Positions 8,092 to 15,830 of a stretch of 27,511 nucleotides of DNA are shown here, piece by piece. Position 1 is the first letter of the stretch, and every line of letters begins with the position of its first letter. The notes under the pieces are model-generated. The model had not been told where the DNA came from. It searched no databases and saw only the letters and a list, made by a program, of their open reading frames with translations. Source of the DNA: a virus (Duplodnaviria; Caudoviricetes); IMG/VR virus record IMGVR_UViG_3300012664_000116, positions 1-27,511 of that record; one strand, 5' to 3'. A program made the translations under genes and the position numbers.

Positions 8092-8158
8092 CTATGATTA
8101 TGTAGTACTACAGTATTACTTATAAGATATACACTGAGATTATGTAACCTATTATCTT

Positions 8159-8179
8159 ATGTGTTGTTTATTTACCACA
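8159..8179. repeat. 21-bp exact direct repeat / palindromic operator, second copy at 6973-6993, variant at 8556-8573
   Basis: ATGTGTTGTTTATTTACCACA twice; core TGTTG-N8-CMACA. Confidence 0.8.
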
Positions 8180-8186
8180 CTATTGT

Positions 8187-8255
8187 TGCACCATTTTAGT
8201 GATAACTTGCACTACAATGAATAACATGTGGATATCTTTACACTGTATTGGTGCA
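8187..8255. promoter_or_regulatory. NtrC-type enhancer boxes
   Basis: TGCACCATTTTAGTGAT (8187-8203), weaker TGCACTACAATGAATAA (8208-8224), TACACTGTATTGGTGCA (8239-8255) versus TGCACYA-N3-TGGTGCA. Confidence 0.65.
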
Positions 8256-8356
8256 TAATTGCTTACACCATTGTAAGTTTCACATTGTGATAACTAGGTG
8301 TTTACCCTTAGATGTGTCTGTTTAGGTGTGTCTTAATAGGTGCTACACTGACCTAC

Positions 8357-8403
8357 ACACTACCTATAGTGTCCGTCTAAGTCTCAGACACTACCTATAG
8401 TGT
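8357..8403. repeat. two copies of the 16-bp dyad ACACTA-CCTA-TAGTGT
   Basis: Exact copies at 8357-8372 and 8388-8403, 31 bp apart. Confidence 0.85.
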
Positions 8404-8437
8404 TTGCTTTGTAGTTACTTGATAGGGGGGAGGGGTA

Positions 8438-8648
8438 GGCTCTTGTGTTTACTTTTGCTGGAGCCTCTTAAGTACACAAAAAAGAATAATTAAGAAAAGA
8501 CCTTATATGACTAAAAAGTCTAATGAAATCAAAGAAGTTATGGACTAAGATAGACTGTTGTGTAAATACAACACTAATGTAAAGACTAATCTGTGCACAG
8601 GAGCCTTGCATAGGATCACTTGAGGACTAGAAAGTAGACACAAGAGCC
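8438..8648. repeat. 18-bp inverted repeat pair (17/18)
   Basis: GGCTCTTGTGTTTACTTT (8438-8455) and AAAGTAGACACAAGAGCC (8631-8648). Confidence 0.8.
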
Positions 8649-8705
8649 CTATGAAGTAAGGACTTTGATGGAAGACAAATAAAGTAAAATAAATGTAAAT
8701 AAAGC

Positions 8706-8733
8706 TTGACAATTGAGAAAAGTGCTGTACAAT
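8706..8733 (+). promoter_or_regulatory. sigma70-type promoter for the packaging/virion arm
   Basis: TTGACA-16-TACAAT with an A-rich UP-like tract upstream. Confidence 0.75.
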
Positions 8734-8990
8734 TCTCTATGAAGGTAATCCTTCCAAGAACTCAAATGAAGACTTTGTAGACAGGCTACTCAGTTAATAC
8801 AGGAAGTTTCTAAGTGAGTTACTTTGTTGGCCTAGTGTCTTCCTTAGTGTATCTAAGAAGATGAACACAAGAGGGCAATAAGTAAGTATATACTTCATTT
8901 AGATTCTTGCATATAAGTTAAATGTCATAGTTACTTTAAAGTACTCTACTTGTAGTACTTACTATAGTCTATCTCCAATTAAGGACAAAG

Positions 8991-9383
8991 ATGGAACAAC
9001 AAGAGCCACCTAAGCGTAAAGCAGGAAGACCCAAGAAGGGTGAAATCGTAGCCAAGAAGAAGGGTAACAGGGAGTTACGTGGTCGTCCCAAAGGTGATAA
9101 AGCCATCATGGACGACTACAAAGCGCGTATGTTAGCCTCCCCTAAAAGTTCTAGGGTCTTAGAGAAAGTATTTGAAATAGCTTTAAACGATGAGCATTCA
9201 GGTCAGATGGCAGCCATGAAGCTAGTCCTTGATCGTATTGTCCCTGCTTCTGCGTTTGATACGGCTAAAGGTTCTAATGGTGGTGCTCCGCAGATTAGTA
9301 TTAATATTACTGGCCTTGGCTCTACTGCTGTGCAGGCCGAAGAAGTAGTATATGACGTTACGGACGTAGAGGTTAAGGAATGA
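8991..9383 (+). CDS. terS: probable terminase small subunit
   Basis: GRPK motifs, helical core, ISINITG tail; ATGA-coupled to the large subunit. Confidence 0.7.
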   Translation: MEQQEPPKRKAGRPKKGEIVAKKKGNRELRGRPKGDKAIMDDYKARMLASPKSSRVLEKVFEIALNDEHSGQMAAMKLVLDRIVPASAFDTAKGSNGGAPQISINITGLGSTAVQAEEVVYDVTDVEVKE

Positions 9384-10648
9384 CGACACTCTCGTTTGAG
9401 TTGCTTAAATGGCAACAGTCCGTATTTGCTGATACTCATCGCTTTAAAGTGGTTGCTGCAGGGCGTCGCTGTGGGAAGTCTAGGCTTTCTGCGGTGACCC
9501 TGCTCATTGAGGCTCTGAACTGTCCTGAAGGCTCAGCTGTGATGTACATAGCTCCTACCCTAGGACAAGCTAGAACCATTATCTGGGATCTCTTACATGA
9601 GCTAGGTAGGCCAGTCATCAAGAGTTCTCACATCAACAACTTGGAGATCCTTCTAGTCAATGGACGTAAGATTCTCGTTAGAGGTGCTGATAATCCTGAC
9701 TCTCTACGTGGTGTTTCGCTCACCTATGTCGTATTAGATGAGTGTGCCTTTATCAAGGAAGACGTATGGCAGAAGATCATTCGAGCTTCCCTGTCTGACA
9801 AGAAAGGTAGAGCTTTATTCATTAGTACCCCTAGTGGACGTAACTGGTTCTACGATGTCTTTAACCTAGGACAGGAAGGTACTGATGAGGAGTGGCTAAG
9901 CTGGCACTTCACAACTAGAGACAATGAGACTATTGATCCTAAGGAGATTGATGCAGCTGAGAGGACTTTAAGTACCTTCGCTTTCCGTCAGGAATACCTC
10001 TCCAGCTTCGATAACGCAGGACAGGAGATCTTCAAGGATAGCTGGATTAAGTATGCTCCTGAGCCTGCATATGGCTCCTACGTCATCGCTATCGACTTAG
10101 CTGGCTTCGAGGATGTAGCTAAGAATGCAGGGGCTTCTAAGAAGAGACTAGACGAATCAGCTATCTCAATCGTTAAGGTAGAAGATAACGGTAACTGGTG
10201 GGTTAAGGACATCATTCACGGTAGATGGGACATCAGAGAGACTGCCTCTAAAATCCTCCTAGCTGTCCGTGAACATCAGCCTATCGCAGTGGGTATCGAA
10301 CGTGGAGCTTTGAAGAATGCTGTCTTACCTTATCTGAATGACTTGATGAGGAAGAACAACGTATTCTGTCACATTACGGACCTGACACACGGGAATCGCC
10401 GAAAGACAGATAGGGTTGTTTGGTCTTTACAAGGTAGGTTCGAGCATGGACGTATCTCCCTCAATGACAAGGATAAGTCAGAGCGTTGGAAAGAGTTCAT
10501 TGACCAATATTGCATGTTCCCCACAGCAGGGGTTCATGATGACTTACTTGACTCATTGTCTTACGTGGACCAGTTAGCTGTTACTAGCTACAACAATGAC
10601 TACGAAGATGATGACTACGAAACTTTAGATGTAATTAGTGGATACTAA
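9380..10648 (+). CDS. terL: terminase large subunit
   Basis: Walker A AGRRCGKS, Walker B YVVLDE, ISTPSG coupling motif, nuclease AIDLAG and HDDLLD. Confidence 0.95.
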   Translation: MTTLSFELLKWQQSVFADTHRFKVVAAGRRCGKSRLSAVTLLIEALNCPEGSAVMYIAPTLGQARTIIWDLLHELGRPVIKSSHINNLEILLVNGRKILVRGADNPDSLRGVSLTYVVLDECAFIKEDVWQKIIRASLSDKKGRALFISTPSGRNWFYDVFNLGQEGTDEEWLSWHFTTRDNETIDPKEIDAAERTLSTFAFRQEYLSSFDNAGQEIFKDSWIKYAPEPAYGSYVIAIDLAGFEDVAKNAGASKKRLDESAISIVKVEDNGNWWVKDIIHGRWDIRETASKILLAVREHQPIAVGIERGALKNAVLPYLNDLMRKNNVFCHITDLTHGNRRKTDRVVWSLQGRFEHGRISLNDKDKSERWKEFIDQYCMFPTAGVHDDLLDSLSYVDQLAVTSYNNDYEDDDYETLDVISGY

Positions 10649-10651
10649 GTA

Positions 10652-10680
10652 TTGACAAAGTAAACAAAATAGTGTATATT
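10652..10680 (+). promoter_or_regulatory. sigma70-type promoter before the portal
   Basis: TTGACA-17-TATATT. Confidence 0.75.
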
Positions 10681-10712
10681 GCGTTTAACTAATTAGAGAA
10701 AACCTAATACTA

Positions 10713-12725
10713 ATGGAAAATATTGACAAACAGCCTCAGTTTGAGGAACCTACTGAATCCGACAAGGAGCTTGTAAGCTTCATTGTTAGCCACTGTGATT
10801 CATGGCGTGATTGGCGAGACAGTAACTACCTTGAGCTGTGGGACGAGTACGAACGTATCTTTCGTGGTCAATGGGCTTCCTCAGACAAGACTCGTGAATC
10901 TGAGCGTTCACGTATCATCTCCCCTGCTACTCAGCAAGCTGTTGAGACTCGTCACGCTGAGATCATGGAAGCTATCTTCGGTCAAGGTGACTTCTTCGAC
11001 ATTGATGATGACGTCAAGGACGTGAACGGTAATAACATTGATGTGAGCATGATTAAAGCTCAGTTGATGGAAGACTTCGCTAAGGACAAGATCCGTAAGA
11101 GTATTGACCAGATCGAACTCATGGCTGAGATCTACGGTACAGGTATCGGTGAGATCATCATCAAGAATGAGAAAGAGTACGTTCCAGCTACTCAAGCTAT
11201 CCCCGGTATCATGGGTCAAGCAGCCATCGGTGTTCAAGAGAAGGACCGTACAGCTGTTAAGATTGTACCTATCAACCCTAAGAACTTCTTGTTTGATCCT
11301 AACGGTGCTTCCATCGAGGAATGTCTCGGTGTAGCTATTGAGAAGTACGTATCCTTGCACAAGGTCGTTAAAGGTATCGAAGACGGTGTGTACCGTAAGG
11401 TCAACGTTGGTCCTCTGTACGATAGCGATGACTTGGAAGTTACTCAAGAAGAGACTCAATTCCAGAACGATAAGGTCAAGCTCCTGACTTACTACGGTCT
11501 AGTGCCTCGTGAGTACTTGGAGCAGCTTGAGAATGAAGGTAACGAGATGATTGATCTCTTCCCTGAAGATTCTCCTGCTGATGACTACTCTGACTTGGTT
11601 GAAGCCATCGTTGTGATCGTTAACGACACCACCTTGCTCAAGGCTGAAGCGAATCCTTACATGATGAAGGATCGTCCAATCATCTGTTATCAAGACGATA
11701 CTATCCCTAATCGTTTGTTAGGTCGTGGTACTGTTGAGAAGGCCTATAACATGCAGAAGGCCATTGATGCCCAGATGCGTAGCCACTTGGACTCTCTAGC
11801 CCTCACAACAGCCCCTATGATCGGTATTGACGCTACTCGTCTACCTCGTGGTGCTAAGTTCGAAGTACGTCCCGGTAAGGCTATCCTGACCAACGGTAAT
11901 CCTAACGAGATTCTCCAGCCATTTAAGTTTGGTAACACAGACGGTAACAACCTTGTCACATCTAAAGAGTTCGAGCGTATGCTTCTCCAAGCTACAGGTA
12001 CTTTGGACTCTCAAGGCATGGTGTCTAACGTGTCTCGTGACGCTGGTGGTGCTGGTATGTCAGCTGCTATGGGAGCTATCATCAAGAAGTACAAGCGTAC
12101 CTTGACTAACTTCCAAGAAGATTTTCTGATTCCTTTCATCAAGAAGGCTGCTTTCCGTTACATGCAATTCGATCCTGAGCGTTATCCCTCAGTTGAGATG
12201 AACTTTGTACCTACAGCTACCTTAGGTATCATGGCTCGTGAGTACGAACAACAACAATTCATCGGTTTGTTGCAGACTCTAGGACCACAGACACCAGTAT
12301 TGCCTATCATCTTGAAGGGTATCCTGCAAAATAGCTCTCTGACTAATCGTGGTGAGATGATGGCTGCTCTAGACAAGATGAATCAGCCTAACCCTCAGCA
12401 ACAACAAGCTCAGATGATGCAACAACAGCTTCAATTGCAGACAGCACAAGCTCAGTTGGCTCTCATCCAAGCTCAAACAGCTGAAAGAGCTGCTAATGCA
12501 CAGCAAACTCAGGTGGAAACACAGATGATGCCTGTGGAACTGCAAGCTAAGATGGTTCAATCCGCTGCTACTAACCTAGATAATGGCGATGACTTCGAGA
12601 AACGCTTGAAATTAGCTGATTTGATGCTCAAAGAGAAGAATGTGAACCTAAAAGTTCAAGATATTGCCTCTAATGAGCGCATTGCAGCTATGCAAATGAT
12701 GACTAAACAAAATAAATTACAATAA
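10713..12725 (+). CDS. portal protein (podovirus type with Gln-rich C-terminal coiled coil)
   Basis: 670 aa directly after terL; IYGTGIGEI, NFLFDP, GRG motifs; Q-rich tail. Confidence 0.9.
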   Translation: MENIDKQPQFEEPTESDKELVSFIVSHCDSWRDWRDSNYLELWDEYERIFRGQWASSDKTRESERSRIISPATQQAVETRHAEIMEAIFGQGDFFDIDDDVKDVNGNNIDVSMIKAQLMEDFAKDKIRKSIDQIELMAEIYGTGIGEIIIKNEKEYVPATQAIPGIMGQAAIGVQEKDRTAVKIVPINPKNFLFDPNGASIEECLGVAIEKYVSLHKVVKGIEDGVYRKVNVGPLYDSDDLEVTQEETQFQNDKVKLLTYYGLVPREYLEQLENEGNEMIDLFPEDSPADDYSDLVEAIVVIVNDTTLLKAEANPYMMKDRPIICYQDDTIPNRLLGRGTVEKAYNMQKAIDAQMRSHLDSLALTTAPMIGIDATRLPRGAKFEVRPGKAILTNGNPNEILQPFKFGNTDGNNLVTSKEFERMLLQATGTLDSQGMVSNVSRDAGGAGMSAAMGAIIKKYKRTLTNFQEDFLIPFIKKAAFRYMQFDPERYPSVEMNFVPTATLGIMAREYEQQQFIGLLQTLGPQTPVLPIILKGILQNSSLTNRGEMMAALDKMNQPNPQQQQAQMMQQQLQLQTAQAQLALIQAQTAERAANAQQTQVETQMMPVELQAKMVQSAATNLDNGDDFEKRLKLADLMLKEKNVNLKVQDIASNERIAAMQMMTKQNKLQ

Positions 12726-12740
12726 AGTACTCATAAGGGG

Positions 12741-12769
12741 TTGACAAAGTCATTAAAGTACTATACAGT
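12741..12769 (+). promoter_or_regulatory. sigma70-type promoter before the scaffold/capsid block
   Basis: TTGACA-17-TACAGT. Confidence 0.7.
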
Positions 12770-12801
12770 ACACCCTTATTAACTAATAGGTTCTCCTGAT
12801 T

Positions 12802-13044
12802 ATGGACAAAGAACTACAGAAATATTACGAAGAAGCCTTCTCAATGATGTCCACTCAAGGGTGGAAAGATCTGATGGAAGACATTCTTCGAGTAAAGAAT
12901 AGCTACGACACTATATCCTCTGTCACGGAAACACACCCTTTAGACTTTCGTCGTGGGCAGATGGATATATTGAACTGGTTATATGGCCTGAAAGGGTTGT
13001 ACGAGAAGACGTATGAAGAACTACAAACTGAAGGAGAACTGTAA
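12802..13044 (+). CDS. small helical head-module protein (80 aa)
   Basis: Between portal and scaffold; GWKDLMED and RGQ motifs. Confidence 0.75.
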   Translation: MDKELQKYYEEAFSMMSTQGWKDLMEDILRVKNSYDTISSVTETHPLDFRRGQMDILNWLYGLKGLYEKTYEELQTEGEL

Positions 13045-13277
13045 TGGCTCTACGGATGTTTGAATTCCTTTGTTCCAATTCTCATCGCATTGAAGCTTTG
13101 GTTGAACCTGACGTACAGGAGCTGTATTGCAGCAAATGTGGTCGGGAAGCAGCTAAGGTGATAAGTGCACCTTCCATGAAGTTAGAAGGCTGGTCAGGCT
13201 CTTTTCCAACAGCCTCAGACGCATGGGAGCGTAAGCGATCTGAAAAGCTCGCTATCGAACGTAAGCAGAACTCATAA
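13044..13277 (+). CDS. FmdB-like zinc-ribbon protein
   Basis: MFEFLCSNSHRIE...CSKCG...KVISAP. Confidence 0.7.
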   Translation: MALRMFEFLCSNSHRIEALVEPDVQELYCSKCGREAAKVISAPSMKLEGWSGSFPTASDAWERKRSEKLAIERKQNS

Positions 13278-13349
13278 GTATTTATTACCGGGTTCCAATT
13301 ATTTTTAAATTTATATCCTAGAACCGTTATGCGGCAGGAAGGAAACAAT

Positions 13350-14126
13350 ATGTTAGTAGACGTTGATGACAACGATGGTCTGAGTGAATTAGACGTAGTC
13401 GAGAATAAACAAAAGCAGCAAGCTCCTCAAGAGCAAGTAGCACAACCACAGGAAACTGTAGTCCCCGAAAAATATAAGGGTAAGAGTACAGAGGACATCA
13501 TTAGGATGCACCAAGAGGCTGAAAAGCTCATTGGTAAGCAAGCCCAAGAAGTTGGTGAAGTTAGACGACTAGCTGATGATCTTATTAAACAGAGCCTCGC
13601 ATCGAAGCCAAAACCTATTGAACAAGAGCCAGAAATTGACTTCTTTGAAGATCCCCGTAAGGCGATTCAAAAGGAATTGTCTGTACATCCTGATGTAGTT
13701 GCTGCTCGTGAAGCCACACAGCAATTCAAGAGGATGCAGATTCAGCAGAAGCTTGGGTCTACCCATCCAGACTTCACCCAAATTGTGCAAGATCCAGAAT
13801 TTGTCAATTGGGTAAAAGGAAGCAACGTGCGTATGGGTCTTTACGCTAAAGCTGACGCTGAATACGATTACGACAGTGCCGATGAATTGTTGTCTACATT
13901 CAAACAGTTGAAGTCCGTCAAAGCACAGGAAACTAAGAAGGCTGGTGATACAGCCCGAAACACTGCTATGAAGGCTGCTGCTGTAGATGTGGGAGGTACA
14001 GGAGAGTCATCCAAGAAAGTTTATCGACGGTCAGACTTGATCCGACTTCGTATGACTGACCCTTCTCGCTATGAGTCGCTCTCTGATGAAATCATGAAAG
14101 CGTATCAAGAGGGACGAGTCAAATAA
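13350..14126 (+). CDS. capsid scaffolding protein (likely start ATG 13350)
   Basis: Acidic N-terminus, PEKYKGKS motif, coiled coil, C-terminal AYQEGRVK; AGGAAGGA SD; directly before the capsid gene. Confidence 0.8.
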   Translation: MLVDVDDNDGLSELDVVENKQKQQAPQEQVAQPQETVVPEKYKGKSTEDIIRMHQEAEKLIGKQAQEVGEVRRLADDLIKQSLASKPKPIEQEPEIDFFEDPRKAIQKELSVHPDVVAAREATQQFKRMQIQQKLGSTHPDFTQIVQDPEFVNWVKGSNVRMGLYAKADAEYDYDSADELLSTFKQLKSVKAQETKKAGDTARNTAMKAAAVDVGGTGESSKKVYRRSDLIRLRMTDPSRYESLSDEIMKAYQEGRVK

Positions 14127-14161
14127 TTATTTTATTTTATTAACAACTAGGAAATTTAAAA

Positions 14162-15109
14162 ATGACTGCATATTTTGACGGCGCTAATGCCACCACCACC
14201 ACTTCCGCTGATGCTTTCGTACCAGAGATTTGGTCCGATGAGATTATCGCTGCTTACAAGAAGAACTTGGTAGCTGCTAACCTCATCAAGAAGATGAACT
14301 TCAAGGGTAAGAAGGGTGACACCATCAACATCCCTACACCTACTCGCGGTACTGCTAACGCTAAGACTGCTGCTACAGCTGTGACTATCCAAGCTCACAC
14401 TGACAGCAACACTCAAGTCTTGATCAACAAGCACTACGAGTACTCACGTTTGATCGAAGACATCGTCGCTACTCAAGCTTTGTCTAGCCTCCGTTCTTTC
14501 TACACTGAAGACGCTGGTTACGCTTTGGGCAAACAAGTTGACACAGACATCATCCGTTTGGGTCGTTTGATCAACAGCGGTACAGGTGCTCGTTACGGTC
14601 ACGCTTACATCGGCTCTAACGGTACTACAGCTTATGACTACACTACCAACAACGAAGCTGCTCTGACTGACGCTGCTATCCGTCGTTCTATCCAACGCTT
14701 GGATGACGCTGACGTTCCTATGGACGGTCGTTTCTTCATCATCCCTCCATCGAGCCGTAACACTTTGATGGGCTTGGCTCGCTACACTGAGCAAGCTTTC
14801 ACTGGTGAAGCAGGTGGTTCTAACACCATCCGTACTGGTTTGGTTGGTGACTTGTATGGCGTGTCTGTGTACGTGTCTAGCAACGCTGATACTCCTAACT
14901 CTGCTGACAACGGTAGCGGTACTGATGAGACTTCACGCGTTTGCTTGATGGCTCACAAAGACGCTTTCGTGTTGGTTGAGCAAATGGGCGTTCGTTCACA
15001 AACTCAATACAAGCAAGAGTTCTTGGCTAACTTGTTCACTGCTGATACTCTGTACGGCGTGGCTGAGTTGCGTGACGGCGCTGCTGTTGCTTTGGTTGTT
15101 CCTGCTTAA
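14162..15109 (+). CDS. major capsid protein
   Basis: FVPEIWS, GDTINIP, LDDADVPMDGR, DTLYGV; strong codon bias; terminator after it. Confidence 0.92.
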   Translation: MTAYFDGANATTTTSADAFVPEIWSDEIIAAYKKNLVAANLIKKMNFKGKKGDTINIPTPTRGTANAKTAATAVTIQAHTDSNTQVLINKHYEYSRLIEDIVATQALSSLRSFYTEDAGYALGKQVDTDIIRLGRLINSGTGARYGHAYIGSNGTTAYDYTTNNEAALTDAAIRRSIQRLDDADVPMDGRFFIIPPSSRNTLMGLARYTEQAFTGEAGGSNTIRTGLVGDLYGVSVYVSSNADTPNSADNGSGTDETSRVCLMAHKDAFVLVEQMGVRSQTQYKQEFLANLFTADTLYGVAELRDGAAVALVVPA

Positions 15110-15120
15110 TTGAACTGATC

Positions 15121-15145
15121 GGCCCCTCACAAGGGGGCCTTTCTA
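15121..15145 (+). terminator. intrinsic terminator after the capsid gene (short U tail, probably leaky)
   Basis: GGCCCCT-cacaa-GGGGGCC-TTTCT. Confidence 0.7.
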
Positions 15146-15181
15146 GTTTACTCATATTAATTAAGACAAAAAGGAAAAATC

Positions 15182-15505
15182 ATGGCTGCTGCTACCGCTG
15201 TTGTCACTGAACGTGGCACAAAACAATTTCAAGGTATGTTTCAAGAGATGTGGAAAGTCACATGTACTCTTGATGCAGGTTCCTTGACTGATGGCACTGG
15301 TGAGAGCGACACTGTTACCGTTCCGGGCGTTGCCTTGGGCGATATCGTGTTGGGCTTCTCTTTCGGTGTTGATAAAGCTGGTGTCGTGTGTCACGCTTAC
15401 GTGAGTGCTGCTGACACTGTTACCCTCCGTCTGCAAAACGAATCAGGCGGCACTGTTGACTTGGCTTCTACAACCGTTCGCTTGGTTGTGGGTCGCTTGG
15501 GTTAA
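15182..15505 (+). CDS. probable capsid decoration / minor head protein
   Basis: 107 aa beta-rich, after the capsid gene, same high-expression codon style; TVPGVALGD motif. Confidence 0.55.
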   Translation: MAAATAVVTERGTKQFQGMFQEMWKVTCTLDAGSLTDGTGESDTVTVPGVALGDIVLGFSFGVDKAGVVCHAYVSAADTVTLRLQNESGGTVDLASTTVRLVVGRLG

Positions 15506-15534
15506 GCATAAAAACACCCACCCAAGGTGTTTCT

Positions 15535-15570
15535 GTCCCTTCTCTATCCTATACGGAGAGGGGGCTTTTT
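15535..15570 (+). terminator. intrinsic terminator
   Basis: GTCCCTTCTCT...GGAGAGGGGGC followed by TTTTT. Confidence 0.65.
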
Positions 15571-15616
15571 AAAGGATTCAACATAGAGAGTTCTTTACAA
15601 AGTAGATAGGAAATAT

Positions 15617-15823
15617 ATGGCTAAATTTAGATGCCTGAAATCAGGGAACATCGTTGAATTTACTCAAGCAGTAGATATTGACAGTATGGTAGGTCACGAA
15701 GGTTACGTAAGAGTAACTGAAGACGGTGAACCAGAGGTAGTAGAAGTTGTACAAGAAGCTGTACATGCTCTCCCTCTAGTTGTTAAACCTCGTGGACGCC
15801 CTGCTAAGAACAAACAAGGGTAA
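15617..15823 (+). CDS. hypothetical protein with basic C-terminal RGRP motif (68 aa)
   Basis: AGGA SD; KPRGRPAK tail. Confidence 0.75.
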   Translation: MAKFRCLKSGNIVEFTQAVDIDSMVGHEGYVRVTEDGEPEVVEVVQEAVHALPLVVKPRGRPAKNKQG

Positions 15824-15830
15824 CTAATAT

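Noticed and set aside
8361-8381. Minus-strand TTAGACGGACACTATAG resembling the SP6 promoter
   Set aside because: Spacing is off by one base, there is no phage RNA polymerase in the window, and no copies occur before late genes; the dyad repeat explains it better
8527-8540. IHF site AATCAAAGAAGTTA
   Set aside because: Spacing is N5 rather than WATCAA-N4-TTR, and it is not between the enhancer and the promoter
8100-8990. CRISPR mini-array, tRNA or att site in the large intergenic region
   Set aside because: Repeats are few and irregular, no cloverleaf is evident, and no integrase lies in the window
12733-12779. ATAAGGG/CCCTTAT inverted repeat bracketing a sigma70 promoter
   Set aside because: Only 7 bp with a long loop and not repeated at the other promoters, so it could be chance
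15090-15182. T7 10B-like frameshift extension of the capsid protein
   Set aside because: No slippery run at the gene end; stops and a terminator follow, and the next gene has its own SD
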